A DNA stretch of 64,000 bases from Candidatus Moraniibacteriota bacterium (GCA_028688415.1 JAQTYF010000001.1:780020-844019), one strand, 5' to 3'. Counted from the first letter of the stretch, positions 38,369 to 48,562 are shown. Program-made: numbers and translations. The notes: generated from the letters alone by a model not told the origin.

Positions 38369-41300
38369 TTAGATATCGGTGACACGTTGTACTTCTTCGA
38401 GAGTCGTTTTGCCTTCAAGAACAGAGAGAATACCATCTTGAGCAAGAGTGATCATGCCGAGACTGATCGCTTTTTCTTCTATCTCACTTGTGAGAGCTCC
38501 TCTCGCAATGAGTTCAGAAATTTCTTTTTCAATGAAGAGTGTCTCTGCAATCACTATTTGTCCTAAGAAACCGGTGCCACCACAAGATTCACATCCTTTT
38601 GTTTTAGGAAGAACAGTGTTTTTTAGAAGAGTTTCTTTTTCTTCAGATGCAGGGAGAGATGCGAGAGTTTCTCTTATAATACGTTGTTCTTCTTCTGTGC
38701 CAACCGAAGATTCTTTGCATTTTTGACAAATTCTTCGTACGAGACGTTGTGCTATAAAGAGATTGCCCGTATTGGCAATATCATCATTACTGACACCCAT
38801 CGCTGACAATCGTGATACAGCGCCTGATGCTGAATTGGCATGGAGCGTAGAGAGGACGAGATGACCAGTACTCGCTGCCTGGACTGCTATCTGAGCAGTC
38901 TCATCATCACGGATTTCTCCTACCATCAAAATATTTGGGTTTTGACGCATCAGCGAACGAAGGGCTGTCGCAAAGGTATACCCCTCGCTTTCCTTGGTTT
39001 GAGTTTGGAGGATACCAGGCATCTGATATTCGATAGGGTCTTCGACGGTAATAATCTTCACTTCTGGTGTATTGAGTTTTGCGAGGATGCTGTAGAGAGT
39101 AGTTGTTTTTCCAGAGCCCGTTGGTCCTGTGCTCAAAATAACGCCATGTGATTTATTCATCGCCTTGTGGATGGTGTCGAGGTTTTGCTTTCGGATATGA
39201 AGTGTATCGAGATCGAGTTTTACCATAGACTGGTTGAGTATACGCATCACAATGGTTTCGCCGAAACCTCCGAGAATGATAGACAAACGAATGTCAATTG
39301 TTTCTTTCTTCCCACCTTCTTTCTCCAGAGTGAGCGAGAAACGACCATCGACGGTTCCTGATCGTTCTCCTGATTTGAGTCCTGCCGCGAGTTTGATTTC
39401 TGCGACGAACGTCGGATATTCACTGAGAGGGATGCGGGCTGCTGTCTGGAGAATTCCGTCGATACGAAAACGAATATCAACAAATTCACCCACAGGTTCG
39501 ATATGGATATCTCCAGCGTGGAAGAAGAGTGCTCCAGCAAAAAGAGAAGGAAAAAAGAGTCGTGAATCGAGCGTAGAGAGATAGCGTGAAAAATTTTCGA
39601 GCGAAGAAATATATTGTTTTGTCTCAACAAAAATTTGTTCTGAAATATGAGTAGAACGAGAAAGTTCGCTTGGCATTAATTCTGTATAGATAGCACGAAG
39701 CGATTCTGTTTGATCAGCGACACGCCATACTTCATCGAGTGTCGTGATGCCATCGAGTGCCTTGAGTATACCGTCTTGTGTCATGGTAATCATACCATTC
39801 TCGAGAGCGACACGGAGGATTTCTTGTTCTGTTCCCATATCATTGACTGCTTGGATAATCTCCTGTGTCATCGTCAATACTTCAAAAATACCGACACGCC
39901 CATGGTATCCGGTAAGATGACATTTGGCACAACCGACTGATTTGTAGAGAGTTTTGACTTCTTTGGGGAGCGAGAGCTTTGCTTTTGGTGAAATGATGGT
40001 GATAAGTTTGAGAATAGAATCAATTGTTTCTTGGGCTGGTACATAAGCTTCTTTACAGTGCTCACAAAGCACCCTCACGAGACGTTGAGCGATAATAGCA
40101 TTGACAGCGGAAGCGAGGAGAGAAGGTTTTACTCCGAGTTCCATAAAACGAGGAATAGACGCTGCTGCGCTGTTGGAATGAAGGGTGGAAAATACAAGAT
40201 GTCCAGTGAGTGCCGCATTGATCGTGATATCAGCGGTCTCATCATCACGGATTTCCCCAACGAGAATAATATCAGGATCCTGACGGACAATCGCTCTGAG
40301 CGCAGTCGCAAAGGTGTATTCTTTATTTTTGGACACTTCGGTCTGTACAACACCAGGAAGAGTATATTCGATCGGATCTTCGATAGTGATTACTTTGGTA
40401 TCTGGCTGGTTGATGTGGTTTAAGAGTGTGTAGAGCGTTGTTGTTTTTCCAGAACCCGTTGGTCCAGTGTTCAAAATGAGTCCGTTTGGTTTCGTGATTT
40501 GTTTCGTGATTTCCTCGTAAGCTAACCCGCGAAACCCAAGCAACGTAACATCGACAACAACATCCTCTCCAGAGAGAAGACGCATATTGATATTCTCACC
40601 GTATTTTCCTGGGATACTGTTGACACGAACGTCAATGCGTTTTTCTTCGAGTGTGATGAAAAAATGACCATCTTGAGCCTCTTTTCTGACATTGAGACGC
40701 ATCTTTCCGAGCATTTTGATACGAGAGAGTATGAGATGGTATCGTTCAGACGGGATATTACCTATTTCTTGTAAAACACCATCGATACGATATCGAAGTC
40801 GGACAGCATCTTCTGCGGGTTCGAGATGGATATCGCTTGCGCCGAGTTTACGAGCACCTGCCAGAATGATTTCCATCGATCGAGAAGTATTCGCTGTCAC
40901 ATTTTCTTTGAGAGAAATAAGGTCTCCGAAATCTTTTTCAAATTTCTCGAGGTCCGCATCATCGAGAGAAACTCGGACAAGATTGAACGTATCGATGAAT
41001 GTGCGTTTAGTATAACTGTTCCAAGCACGGTCGAGTGATGGTTGTGAAGCGATGAAAACCTGACCTTTCCATCCGTGTGAAGTACAGAGATCTTTGATGT
41101 ATTGGAGTGTTTCTCTTTCATTCGGATTGAGAATAGCAAAATAAGCTTGTATATTTTTTTTATTGAAGAGTACAAAACGATATTTTTTTGCTTCTTCTTC
41201 TGGAACAAGAAGAACATCTTCGGTGCTGACAGGAAAAACATGGAGATCGATATAAGCAAGTCCGCTTTTATTCGCCAGAAGAGACGCTTGTTCTTCAATA

Positions 41301-41392
41301 GACACTTCCCGCATTTTCTGGAGTATTTTTTCAGACTGGATATCTTTTTCATCTGAGTGTGAGGATGAATTTCCTTGGATAACCGTTGTCAT
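38369..41392 (-). CDS. PilB/GspE family ATPase with two tandem ATPase modules
   Basis: Two copies each of DIHxEP, RIDG, GPTGSGKTTT, EDPIEY, GEIRD, TGHLV, AQRLVR and tetracysteine motifs. Confidence 0.92.
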   Translation of the reverse strand: MTTVIQGNSSSHSDEKDIQSEKILQKMREVSIEEQASLLANKSGLAYIDLHVFPVSTEDVLLVPEEEAKKYRFVLFNKKNIQAYFAILNPNERETLQYIKDLCTSHGWKGQVFIASQPSLDRAWNSYTKRTFIDTFNLVRVSLDDADLEKFEKDFGDLISLKENVTANTSRSMEIILAGARKLGASDIHLEPAEDAVRLRYRIDGVLQEIGNIPSERYHLILSRIKMLGKMRLNVRKEAQDGHFFITLEEKRIDVRVNSIPGKYGENINMRLLSGEDVVVDVTLLGFRGLAYEEITKQITKPNGLILNTGPTGSGKTTTLYTLLNHINQPDTKVITIEDPIEYTLPGVVQTEVSKNKEYTFATALRAIVRQDPDIILVGEIRDDETADITINAALTGHLVFSTLHSNSAAASIPRFMELGVKPSLLASAVNAIIAQRLVRVLCEHCKEAYVPAQETIDSILKLITIISPKAKLSLPKEVKTLYKSVGCAKCHLTGYHGRVGIFEVLTMTQEIIQAVNDMGTEQEILRVALENGMITMTQDGILKALDGITTLDEVWRVADQTESLRAIYTELMPSELSRSTHISEQIFVETKQYISSLENFSRYLSTLDSRLFFPSLFAGALFFHAGDIHIEPVGEFVDIRFRIDGILQTAARIPLSEYPTFVAEIKLAAGLKSGERSGTVDGRFSLTLEKEGGKKETIDIRLSIILGGFGETIVMRILNQSMVKLDLDTLHIRKQNLDTIHKAMNKSHGVILSTGPTGSGKTTTLYSILAKLNTPEVKIITVEDPIEYQMPGILQTQTKESEGYTFATALRSLMRQNPNILMVGEIRDDETAQIAVQAASTGHLVLSTLHANSASGAVSRLSAMGVSNDDIANTGNLFIAQRLVRRICQKCKESSVGTEEEQRIIRETLASLPASEEKETLLKNTVLPKTKGCESCGGTGFLGQIVIAETLFIEKEISELIARGALTSEIEEKAISLGMITLAQDGILSVLEGKTTLEEVQRVTDI

Positions 41393-41499
41393 ATTTTTTT
41401 ATTTCAAAGTATTTGTTTTTCCATTATACCGCACAAAGAGCGTGAAAAGCAAAAAAAGCCCCTCTCAATAAAAGGAGCTTTTTTCTTTGCGAGAATTTT

Positions 41500-42654
41500 T
41501 TAGAAGGTTTCTTTCGCGACGGATTTTTGTTGGAGTCGACTGATTATGATTCTCTCTGCTTCGTCTACTGTGTTCGCAGGAAGCACAAAAGAAAACGTAT
41601 CACCATGAAGTTCTCCTTCTTTGAAACATTCTGCAAAAAATGAGAGTGTTTCATTGCCGTTTCCTTTGACAATGCCACGAACGAGTCCATTCGTTTCGAG
41701 AGAAAGAATCATATAGAAACGTGCCGAAGAATAATTTCCTTTGATTTTCTCCAAAACAAGAGGGAGGTCTTCGATGCGAGCTCTCGTCTGGACGAGATCT
41801 TCGATGGTGATGAATGCCCAAATAAGTTTGAGTTCTTCGTCCCATTTGGATTGTGACATGACGCGTCCCCAGAGTTTGAGAAGGTGAAGTGGTTGTGTCT
41901 TATAAAGAGCTCGGATAATTTTTTGTTGATCAGCACCTTTGTCCATGAGATGAGAAGCTATTTTGAGAGCCTTCGGAGTTGTGTTACGTTTCTGGAAACT
42001 ATCAGTTGCAGTGATGATGCCCGTGAGTAGGCTTTCACCAACAGTTTCTGTAAAGAGCAGTTTATTGTCTTCGCCAAGTGTTTCCGCGAGAATTTCCGCA
42101 TTGGAAGAAGCGGTAATATCAACGAGATTGATTTGTCCAAAAAGTTCGTTTTCTGGGTGATTATCGATGTTGATAAGAGGAATCTCATAAAAAATATCAG
42201 GATTTTCCTCGTAGATTTTCCCTAGGTGTTCTTTGTCTGGACTTCCTATGATGATAGCGAGATCGAATTTGAACTTTGCAGGAATGAAAGAGAAATCTCG
42301 TGGATCGATTGAGCCATTCTCTGGTGTAAGAAAAACACGTACCTCAGTGTCGCTTTTTTCTGTTCGCACTCCAAGTATTTTGTTTCGAGTGGTATCAAAC
42401 GTCAGAACAAAATCTCTTGCTCCTGTGATAGAAGTAATAATCGTTTCTGGCTGAACAAGGAATGATAATTCGTTTTGTTTGATATCAATATGTTCGCTTG
42501 CAATCGTCACGCTTTTCCCGCTGTTTTTAAGAAACAACGCGAGAGCAAAAGCGCTGGCTATGGCATCGCGAGTCGGGTATGCAGAAAGAAGAATGAGAGG
42601 ATCGGTGGTTTTTCTCAAAAGATCATGAAATTGTTGAGAGAGAGTGAGGGACAT
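41500..42654 (-). CDS. Degenerate DHH-family protein
   Basis: NIDNH instead of DHH; LLTGIITATDSF; LKLWGR as in nrnA. Confidence 0.75.
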   Translation of the reverse strand: MSLTLSQQFHDLLRKTTDPLILLSAYPTRDAIASAFALALFLKNSGKSVTIASEHIDIKQNELSFLVQPETIITSITGARDFVLTFDTTRNKILGVRTEKSDTEVRVFLTPENGSIDPRDFSFIPAKFKFDLAIIIGSPDKEHLGKIYEENPDIFYEIPLINIDNHPENELFGQINLVDITASSNAEILAETLGEDNKLLFTETVGESLLTGIITATDSFQKRNTTPKALKIASHLMDKGADQQKIIRALYKTQPLHLLKLWGRVMSQSKWDEELKLIWAFITIEDLVQTRARIEDLPLVLEKIKGNYSSARFYMILSLETNGLVRGIVKGNGNETLSFFAECFKEGELHGDTFSFVLPANTVDEAERIIISRLQQKSVAKETF

Positions 42655-42843
42655 ATGAACAAATATCTAATACCTAATGTAGAATGAAGAACTTTCTTAA
42701 AAGGAAAGTACATGATCAAAATTGATGAATATACAACAAAGATGATAGTCCACCGTAGCAAAGAAAAAGGGCACTGTCAAACCAGGCTCTGGAAAGAGTG
42801 GTTATTCGTCAAACTCTCATTTTTACGCTAAAATAAAGAATAT

Positions 42844-43284
42844 ATGGAACAACACATCATCACTCATTCTGCTCTCGAAACAAGCGCTTTCGGACAGAAA
42901 TTTTCAGAGGAAATAGCCGGAGGGACACTTATTTGTCTCCGGGGTGATTTGGGCGCGGGCAAGACGACGTTCACACAGGGCTTGCTTTTGGGACTCGGAG
43001 CAGAGCGACCATTCGTGAGCCCGACGTTTGTCATTATGAAGCAGTACAATCTCTCGAGGCCTGTAAACGGTATCGAGCGCGTGTATCATGTCGATGCCTA
43101 TCGTGTGAAAAGCCAGGACTTCACAACTATTGGTTTCGAAGAATGGCTCGAAGATACGAAAGGCATCGTCATTCTCGAATGGCCCGAGCGTGTCGAGACG
43201 CTTCTTCCGTCCAAGAGAATAGAAATACATTTCAAAAGTATCAGTGAAAACGAACGGGAAATAAGCATTGTTTTGCTCGCATAA
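42844..43284 (+). CDS. tsaE: tRNA t6A biosynthesis ATPase TsaE
   Basis: GDLGAGKTT, SPTF, HVDAYR and LEWPE motifs. Confidence 0.95.
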   Translation: MEQHIITHSALETSAFGQKFSEEIAGGTLICLRGDLGAGKTTFTQGLLLGLGAERPFVSPTFVIMKQYNLSRPVNGIERVYHVDAYRVKSQDFTTIGFEEWLEDTKGIVILEWPERVETLLPSKRIEIHFKSISENEREISIVLLA

Positions 43285-43408
43285 AAACTTCTCAAAAAGT
43301 ATCGATAAAAAAGAGAAGAGAAAATGTAAAAGGCTTTCGGTGTAAATCGAAAGCCTTTGTTGGTAGGAGTCTTTGCTCCTTATGTCTGCCCCCTACACTC
43401 TTTCGTGT

Positions 43409-43513
43409 TCATAGAGGCATGAGCGTTAATACGATCTGAAAGACAATGATCACTATGAATGCGACTATGACTCCTGTAGCCGCTTTTTTGAAAGTTGCAG
43501 CATCTGTATACAT
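43409..43513 (-). CDS. Putative 34-aa single-TM small protein (not in ORF track)
   Basis: MYTDAATFKKAATGVIVAFIVIIVFQIVLTLMPL; upstream AAGGAG and a consensus promoter. Confidence 0.55.
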   Translation of the reverse strand: MYTDAATFKKAATGVIVAFIVIIVFQIVLTLMPL

Positions 43514-43636
43514 TTTCTTCTCTCCTTGAGAAAGTATCCGTGTATGCCTCGGATAGAAGGCGTGGGCGAACAGAATGTTTCCCTGGGAGAGTCACCGCTC
43601 CGATGCACCTACCAGGAAATCATTGAATATATATAT

Positions 43637-43665
43637 ATTATACGCCTTACTCCATCTTTTGTCAA
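43637..43665 (-). promoter_or_regulatory. Consensus sigma70 promoter
   Basis: TTGACA-17 nt-TATAAT on the minus strand. Confidence 0.8.
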
Positions 43666-43777
43666 GTGTAAAAAGAATATAAATGCTTTAATAAGGCCAT
43701 TTAATAAGTACTTTTTTCTTTCAAAAGAAGAGAAAAAACCGCTTCGAATATCAGCTTCTTTAGTGTATACTGAAACT

Positions 43778-46429
43778 ATGGACAAAAAATGCAAAACTAT
43801 TGTGCTTATCGATGGGAACGCACTCATCCATCGGGCGTATCACGCTCTCCCACCACTGACCTCCAAGTCAGGGGAACTTGTGAATGCCGTGTATGGATTT
43901 ACACTGACGCTTTTGTCGGTGCTTGAGAAATTTCACCCCGAATATATCGCGGCGTCTTTTGATCTGGCTGGGCCGACATTTCGTCACGAGAAATCCGCCG
44001 ACTACAAAGCGACACGCGTGAAAGCCCCAGACGATCTCTACGCGCAGATTCCACGTGTGAAGGAAATGACGCGAGCATTCAATATTCCGATCTATGAACT
44101 CGCAGGATTCGAAGCGGATGATTGCATCGGAACACTCGCTCGTCAGGCAGAAGCAGAAAATGTCCGAGTGATTATCGTGACAGGGGACAGTGATGAGCTC
44201 CAGCTCGTCACACCGCTTGTGAATGTATTCATGCTTCGTAAAGGGATCAAGGACATCGTGCTCTATGATGAAAAAGCAGTTATGGAAAAATATGGTTTCG
44301 GAGCAAAACAGCTTCCAGACTATAAAGGACTCGCAGGTGATTCATCAGATAATATTTCTGGAGTGGCAGGTATTGGTGCCAAGACAGCAACTGACCTCCT
44401 TCAAAAATTTGGGAGTGTAGAAAACATCTATGCACATCTCGAAGAAGTAAAAGACTCGGTACGAAAAAAATTGGAAGTCGATCGCGAGAGCGCTTTTCTT
44501 TCCAAAGAACTCGGAACAATTGACATACACGCTCCGATCACACTTGATCTGTCTGCCTGTGTGACCAAAGACTTTGATCGGAATGTTGTTTCAGAACTCT
44601 TACGAGAACTCGGATTTTTTAGTTTGATCAAGAGAATATCTGGTACAGAAGAAGTAGACGACAAAAACAACCCTTCGACTACGCTCAGGGCAGGCAAGAA
44701 AATAAAAGTTCAGAAAATATCTACGAAAGAAGAATTGGAAAAGTTTTTAGGAAAGACGAAAGAGGTTTCGGTGTACGTCAAGCAAGGAGAAGGGACACTT
44801 TTTGGTGTGGGTATCGACACGATACATATTGCTTTAGATGAGCTATCTGAAGCAGTGGTCTTTTGGAACGAAGAAACAAAAATTTTCTTGCAAACATTTC
44901 TCGAAGATGAAACGCGAAAAAAAATAGTGTACGATGGAAAACATCTCATGCATCTCCTCAAGAAAGAACACATACTTTTTCGTGGCATGACATCAGATAT
45001 TATGCTCTCGGCCTATCTCCTCCGATCTGGTGGTAATGTCGATTTGTCTCACATTGTTTTGGAAGAATTTGGCGAAGAAGAAATCCTTTTTCCAGCACAG
45101 AAAATTCTTTTGTTACAGAAAATGTTCCAGACACGCATAGATGAAGTAAGTGCGACTCAGACAGAAGGAAAAACACTACGAACCGTATTGGAACAGATTG
45201 AACTCCCTCTTATCCCGATACTGTATGCGATGGAGGCGGAAGGTATTATTCTTAACACAGAAAAGTTTCAGACGCTTTCTCTCGAACTCACCAAAGAACT
45301 CGGTGTGTTGGAGAGAGATATCTACACACTCTCTGGTCGTGAATTTAATATCAATTCTCCGAAACAGCTCTCAGTCATTCTGTTCGAAGATCTCCACATA
45401 CCAACGACCAATATCAAAAAAACAAAAACAGGGATATCAACTGCTTCCCCAGAACTGCAAAAATTGCAGGAGTACCCCATCATTCAAAAAATAGAAAATT
45501 ATCGAGAATTGTTCAAACTGAAAACCACCTATCTCGATGCACTCCCACTCCTGGTAGACAACCATTCTCGACTGCATACAACGTTCTATCAGACAGTCGC
45601 TGCGACTGGACGACTTTCTTCTGCTGATCCGAACGTGCAGAATATCCCTGCCCGCAACGCAACGCGACACGATGCAGGCGGGCCTGCCCGAAATTGGGGA
45701 ACACTCGTGCGAGGAGCTTTCGAGCCAGGGAGAGGATATGTGTTTGTGGGAGCCGACTACTCTCAAGTCGAACTCCGTGTGATGGCACATCTGAGCGGGG
45801 ACGAATCTCTCACTTCATCATTTCAAAAGAACGAAGACGTCCATACGAGGACAGCGAGCGTAGTATTCAAAGTGAAGCCGGAAGAAGTGACTCCTGATAT
45901 GCGTCGTCAGGCCAAAGTGTTCAATTTTGGAATTATGTACGGTATGGGAGCCTATGGTCTCGCTCAGTCTGCCAAGATCGATCAGAAAACAGCAGGAGAA
46001 TTTATCAAAGCATATTTTGAAAAGTTTGCTGGAGTGGCACAGTATATTGAAACAATGAAAGAAAATGCTCGAGAGCGAGGATTTGTCGAAACGGAGCTCG
46101 GGAGACGTCGCTATACACCAGAAATCACGAGTAGTAACGTGCAAGTGGCACGAGCGGCGGAACGGATGGCGATCAATATGCCAGTGCAGGGACTCGCAGC
46201 CGACATCATGAAACTCGCGATGATCGCTGTAACGCGACGTATCGAAACGGATTTCAGAAACAGCGTGAAGATAGTGCTCCAGGTACATGACGAACTTATC
46301 TGTGAAGTGAAAGAAGATCAAGCACAAGCATTTGCAGACGCTATCAAAGAAACGATGGAGCAAGCATATCCTCTCAGCGTCCCCCTTACCGTCGAAACAG
46401 CTATCGGAAAAAATTGGGGAGAGATATAA
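43778..46429 (+). CDS. polA: DNA polymerase I
   Basis: IDGNALIHRAYHALP, EADD, GDSSDN, TGRLSS, ADYSQVELR, FGIMYG and QVHDE motifs; start set to the ATG 6 nt after TATACT. Confidence 0.97.
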   Translation: MDKKCKTIVLIDGNALIHRAYHALPPLTSKSGELVNAVYGFTLTLLSVLEKFHPEYIAASFDLAGPTFRHEKSADYKATRVKAPDDLYAQIPRVKEMTRAFNIPIYELAGFEADDCIGTLARQAEAENVRVIIVTGDSDELQLVTPLVNVFMLRKGIKDIVLYDEKAVMEKYGFGAKQLPDYKGLAGDSSDNISGVAGIGAKTATDLLQKFGSVENIYAHLEEVKDSVRKKLEVDRESAFLSKELGTIDIHAPITLDLSACVTKDFDRNVVSELLRELGFFSLIKRISGTEEVDDKNNPSTTLRAGKKIKVQKISTKEELEKFLGKTKEVSVYVKQGEGTLFGVGIDTIHIALDELSEAVVFWNEETKIFLQTFLEDETRKKIVYDGKHLMHLLKKEHILFRGMTSDIMLSAYLLRSGGNVDLSHIVLEEFGEEEILFPAQKILLLQKMFQTRIDEVSATQTEGKTLRTVLEQIELPLIPILYAMEAEGIILNTEKFQTLSLELTKELGVLERDIYTLSGREFNINSPKQLSVILFEDLHIPTTNIKKTKTGISTASPELQKLQEYPIIQKIENYRELFKLKTTYLDALPLLVDNHSRLHTTFYQTVAATGRLSSADPNVQNIPARNATRHDAGGPARNWGTLVRGAFEPGRGYVFVGADYSQVELRVMAHLSGDESLTSSFQKNEDVHTRTASVVFKVKPEEVTPDMRRQAKVFNFGIMYGMGAYGLAQSAKIDQKTAGEFIKAYFEKFAGVAQYIETMKENARERGFVETELGRRRYTPEITSSNVQVARAAERMAINMPVQGLAADIMKLAMIAVTRRIETDFRNSVKIVLQVHDELICEVKEDQAQAFADAIKETMEQAYPLSVPLTVETAIGKNWGEI
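44672..44695. repeat. REP-like 24-bp segment in frame in the polA linker
   Basis: CCTTCGACTACGCTCAGGGCAGGC (PSTTLRAG); GC-rich island resembling CTTCAACAAGCTCAG at 2748-2762. Confidence 0.5.
45647..45682. repeat. 36-bp REP-like element inserted in frame in polA
   Basis: 31/36 identical to intergenic 6834-6869; followed by a repeat of CCTGCCCG. Confidence 0.8.
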
Positions 46430-46473
46430 AAACTCTTTGTCACTATCAGAAAAATGAGAACCGAAAAAACATC

Positions 46474-47325
46474 ATGCCAGAATTACCAGAAGTGCAGACG
46501 GTTGTTTCTCAGGTAGGAGAGAAATTGACGGGAAAGAAAATAATGACCGTGTGGAGTGATTGGCAGAAACGCACCCTCCCTTCTTTTGAATTGTTTGCCA
46601 AACGAGTACAAAGAACAGTCATTCTTGGGACGCGACGTTTCGGAAAACATATCGTGATTGATCTCGACAACATGTACTCAATCGTGATTCATCTCAAAAT
46701 GACCGGACACCTCCTCATCAAGAATGATGCGAATAGAATGTCGGATGCGTTTATAAAAGACCCGATGAACGGATATATCCATCACTGTATTGGTTTTTCT
46801 GACGGCACGACACTCGAGTTTTCTGATATGCGTAAATTCGGCTGGATGAAGGTGTTGGAAACGGATGAAGTAGAGAATTTGCCAAGCATTCTCTCTCTTG
46901 GTGTCGATGCAATTTCGAAACAATTCACAACAGACTTCTTTCAGAAGCTCATCGTGAAGAGAGAGAAAAAATCTATAGGAGCACTCCTTCTTGAACAAAA
47001 CTTGATAGCAGGTATTGGTAATATTTATCGAAGCGAAGCGTTGTTTCTCGCAGGTGTCCTCCCGACACGCCTCCTTGGCACGCTCTCGATCGAAGAACAG
47101 CATCGTAGTGTTGTATCGGTAAAAAAAGTATTGAAGCAAGCGCTCCAGTTGCGAGGAATGAGTGATGGCGATTTCAGAGACACTGATGGCCTCGAGGGAC
47201 AATTTCAGAAAACGAGACATGTCTATGGACGAACTGATGAACCCTGTAAAAAATGTGGTACAATAATAGTACGAAAAAAAATTGGACAACGAAGTATTTT
47301 TTATTGTCCGAAATGTCAACGATAA
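46474..47325 (+). CDS. mutM: Formamidopyrimidine-DNA glycosylase
   Basis: MPELPEV, HLKMTG, DMRKFG, AGIGNIY and C-terminal Zn finger. Confidence 0.96.
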   Translation: MPELPEVQTVVSQVGEKLTGKKIMTVWSDWQKRTLPSFELFAKRVQRTVILGTRRFGKHIVIDLDNMYSIVIHLKMTGHLLIKNDANRMSDAFIKDPMNGYIHHCIGFSDGTTLEFSDMRKFGWMKVLETDEVENLPSILSLGVDAISKQFTTDFFQKLIVKREKKSIGALLLEQNLIAGIGNIYRSEALFLAGVLPTRLLGTLSIEEQHRSVVSVKKVLKQALQLRGMSDGDFRDTDGLEGQFQKTRHVYGRTDEPCKKCGTIIVRKKIGQRSIFYCPKCQR

Positions 47326-47344
47326 TTTGTTTTAAGTATTCTCT

Positions 47345-48457
47345 ATGGAAAAAAAGCAAAAGATGATCATTGCACTTTGTGCGCTCGTACTTGTTTTGGT
47401 CGGAGCGTATTTTGTTTCCAAAAACAAAATAAAACCACAACCGATAGAACTCAATAATAAAAACCAGTCTTTACCGGCTGTTTCGACAACCCCTCTCAAT
47501 GATGGAAATGTCAGTCCTCTCTCAGGTCTTTCTTGTGACAACTGGAACAAACGATCCTTTGCAGTGATGCAACCAGCCGATGTCTCTGCACGACCTCTCG
47601 CGGGTCTTTCTCAGGCAGATATGGTCATTGAAATGTCAGCAGTCTATGGCAGTATTACTCGTTTGATGGGCGTTTATGGTTGTACAATACCAGAAGAAGT
47701 CGGATCACTTCGGAGTGCTCGACATGACTTTGTTCATCTCGCAAAGAGTTTTGATTCTATTTATGTCCATTGGGGAAGAGCAGACATCGAGCAATTCAAG
47801 GAGATTCTCGGGAGCGGTATCATCGATGATATGAATTGCAACAACGATGCAGGACAGTCTGCAGGTCAGTATTGTTTCCGCAAAACAGCAATAGGAAATA
47901 TGCGTGGTGTCGACACAGGATATGCCAAGTTTGCGAGTCTTCTCGAAGGGGCGAAAAATTTTGGATACAGAATGGAAAATAAATTTCTCGGATATCCTCA
48001 TCAAGCGGAAGTGTCTCTCGAAGAGCGTCCGACGGGAGGAAATCTCCGTGTTGCCTATGCGAAACCGTTCGATGCTGAATATGATTATGACAAAACGACC
48101 AATACATTTGTTCGTACATGGGGAGGAATAGTCGATACCGATAGAAATACGGCACAGAAAATAGCTCCGAAGAACGTCGTGGTGATGATTGCTGATGCTG
48201 CTCCGATCAAAGTGGGCGAACAATATGTCAATGTGCAGATCGGTGACCCATGGTTTGATCAATCAGATTCAGGAAGCATGTTTTACTATATGAATGGAAA
48301 GCAATATCGTGGCACATGGAAGAAGGACAAGGGGAATATCGAAAGTAAACTCCTCTTCATTGATGAGTCAGGACAAGAAGTCAAATTCATTCCAGGACAG
48401 ATATGGGTAGATATTATTGATCCAGGACAGGCATTGAAGTGGCAACCAGGCCAATAA
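47345..48457 (+). CDS. DUF3048 (YerB-like) membrane-anchored protein
   Basis: ARPLAGLSQAD, ITRL, GSLRSAR and PGQIWV motifs. Confidence 0.78.
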   Translation: MEKKQKMIIALCALVLVLVGAYFVSKNKIKPQPIELNNKNQSLPAVSTTPLNDGNVSPLSGLSCDNWNKRSFAVMQPADVSARPLAGLSQADMVIEMSAVYGSITRLMGVYGCTIPEEVGSLRSARHDFVHLAKSFDSIYVHWGRADIEQFKEILGSGIIDDMNCNNDAGQSAGQYCFRKTAIGNMRGVDTGYAKFASLLEGAKNFGYRMENKFLGYPHQAEVSLEERPTGGNLRVAYAKPFDAEYDYDKTTNTFVRTWGGIVDTDRNTAQKIAPKNVVVMIADAAPIKVGEQYVNVQIGDPWFDQSDSGSMFYYMNGKQYRGTWKKDKGNIESKLLFIDESGQEVKFIPGQIWVDIIDPGQALKWQPGQ

Positions 48458-48562
48458 ACAGCTAACAAGAAGCAACGAACAAAAAAGCGGGCACGTGCTC
48501 GCTTTTTACTTAGCGTGTATAATGGAGTCATCGCCTGTTTTTAGTTAATTGCTATTTGCTTT

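Noticed and set aside
38093-38566. 157-aa ORF, or RNase P RNA
   Set aside because: The ORF runs through a terminator into antisense pilB with no motif; the RNase P signature GAGGAAAGUCC is absent
43526-43777. 84-aa N-terminal extension of PolA
   Set aside because: It spans a divergent promoter; PolA similarity starts at MDKKCKTIVLIDGN
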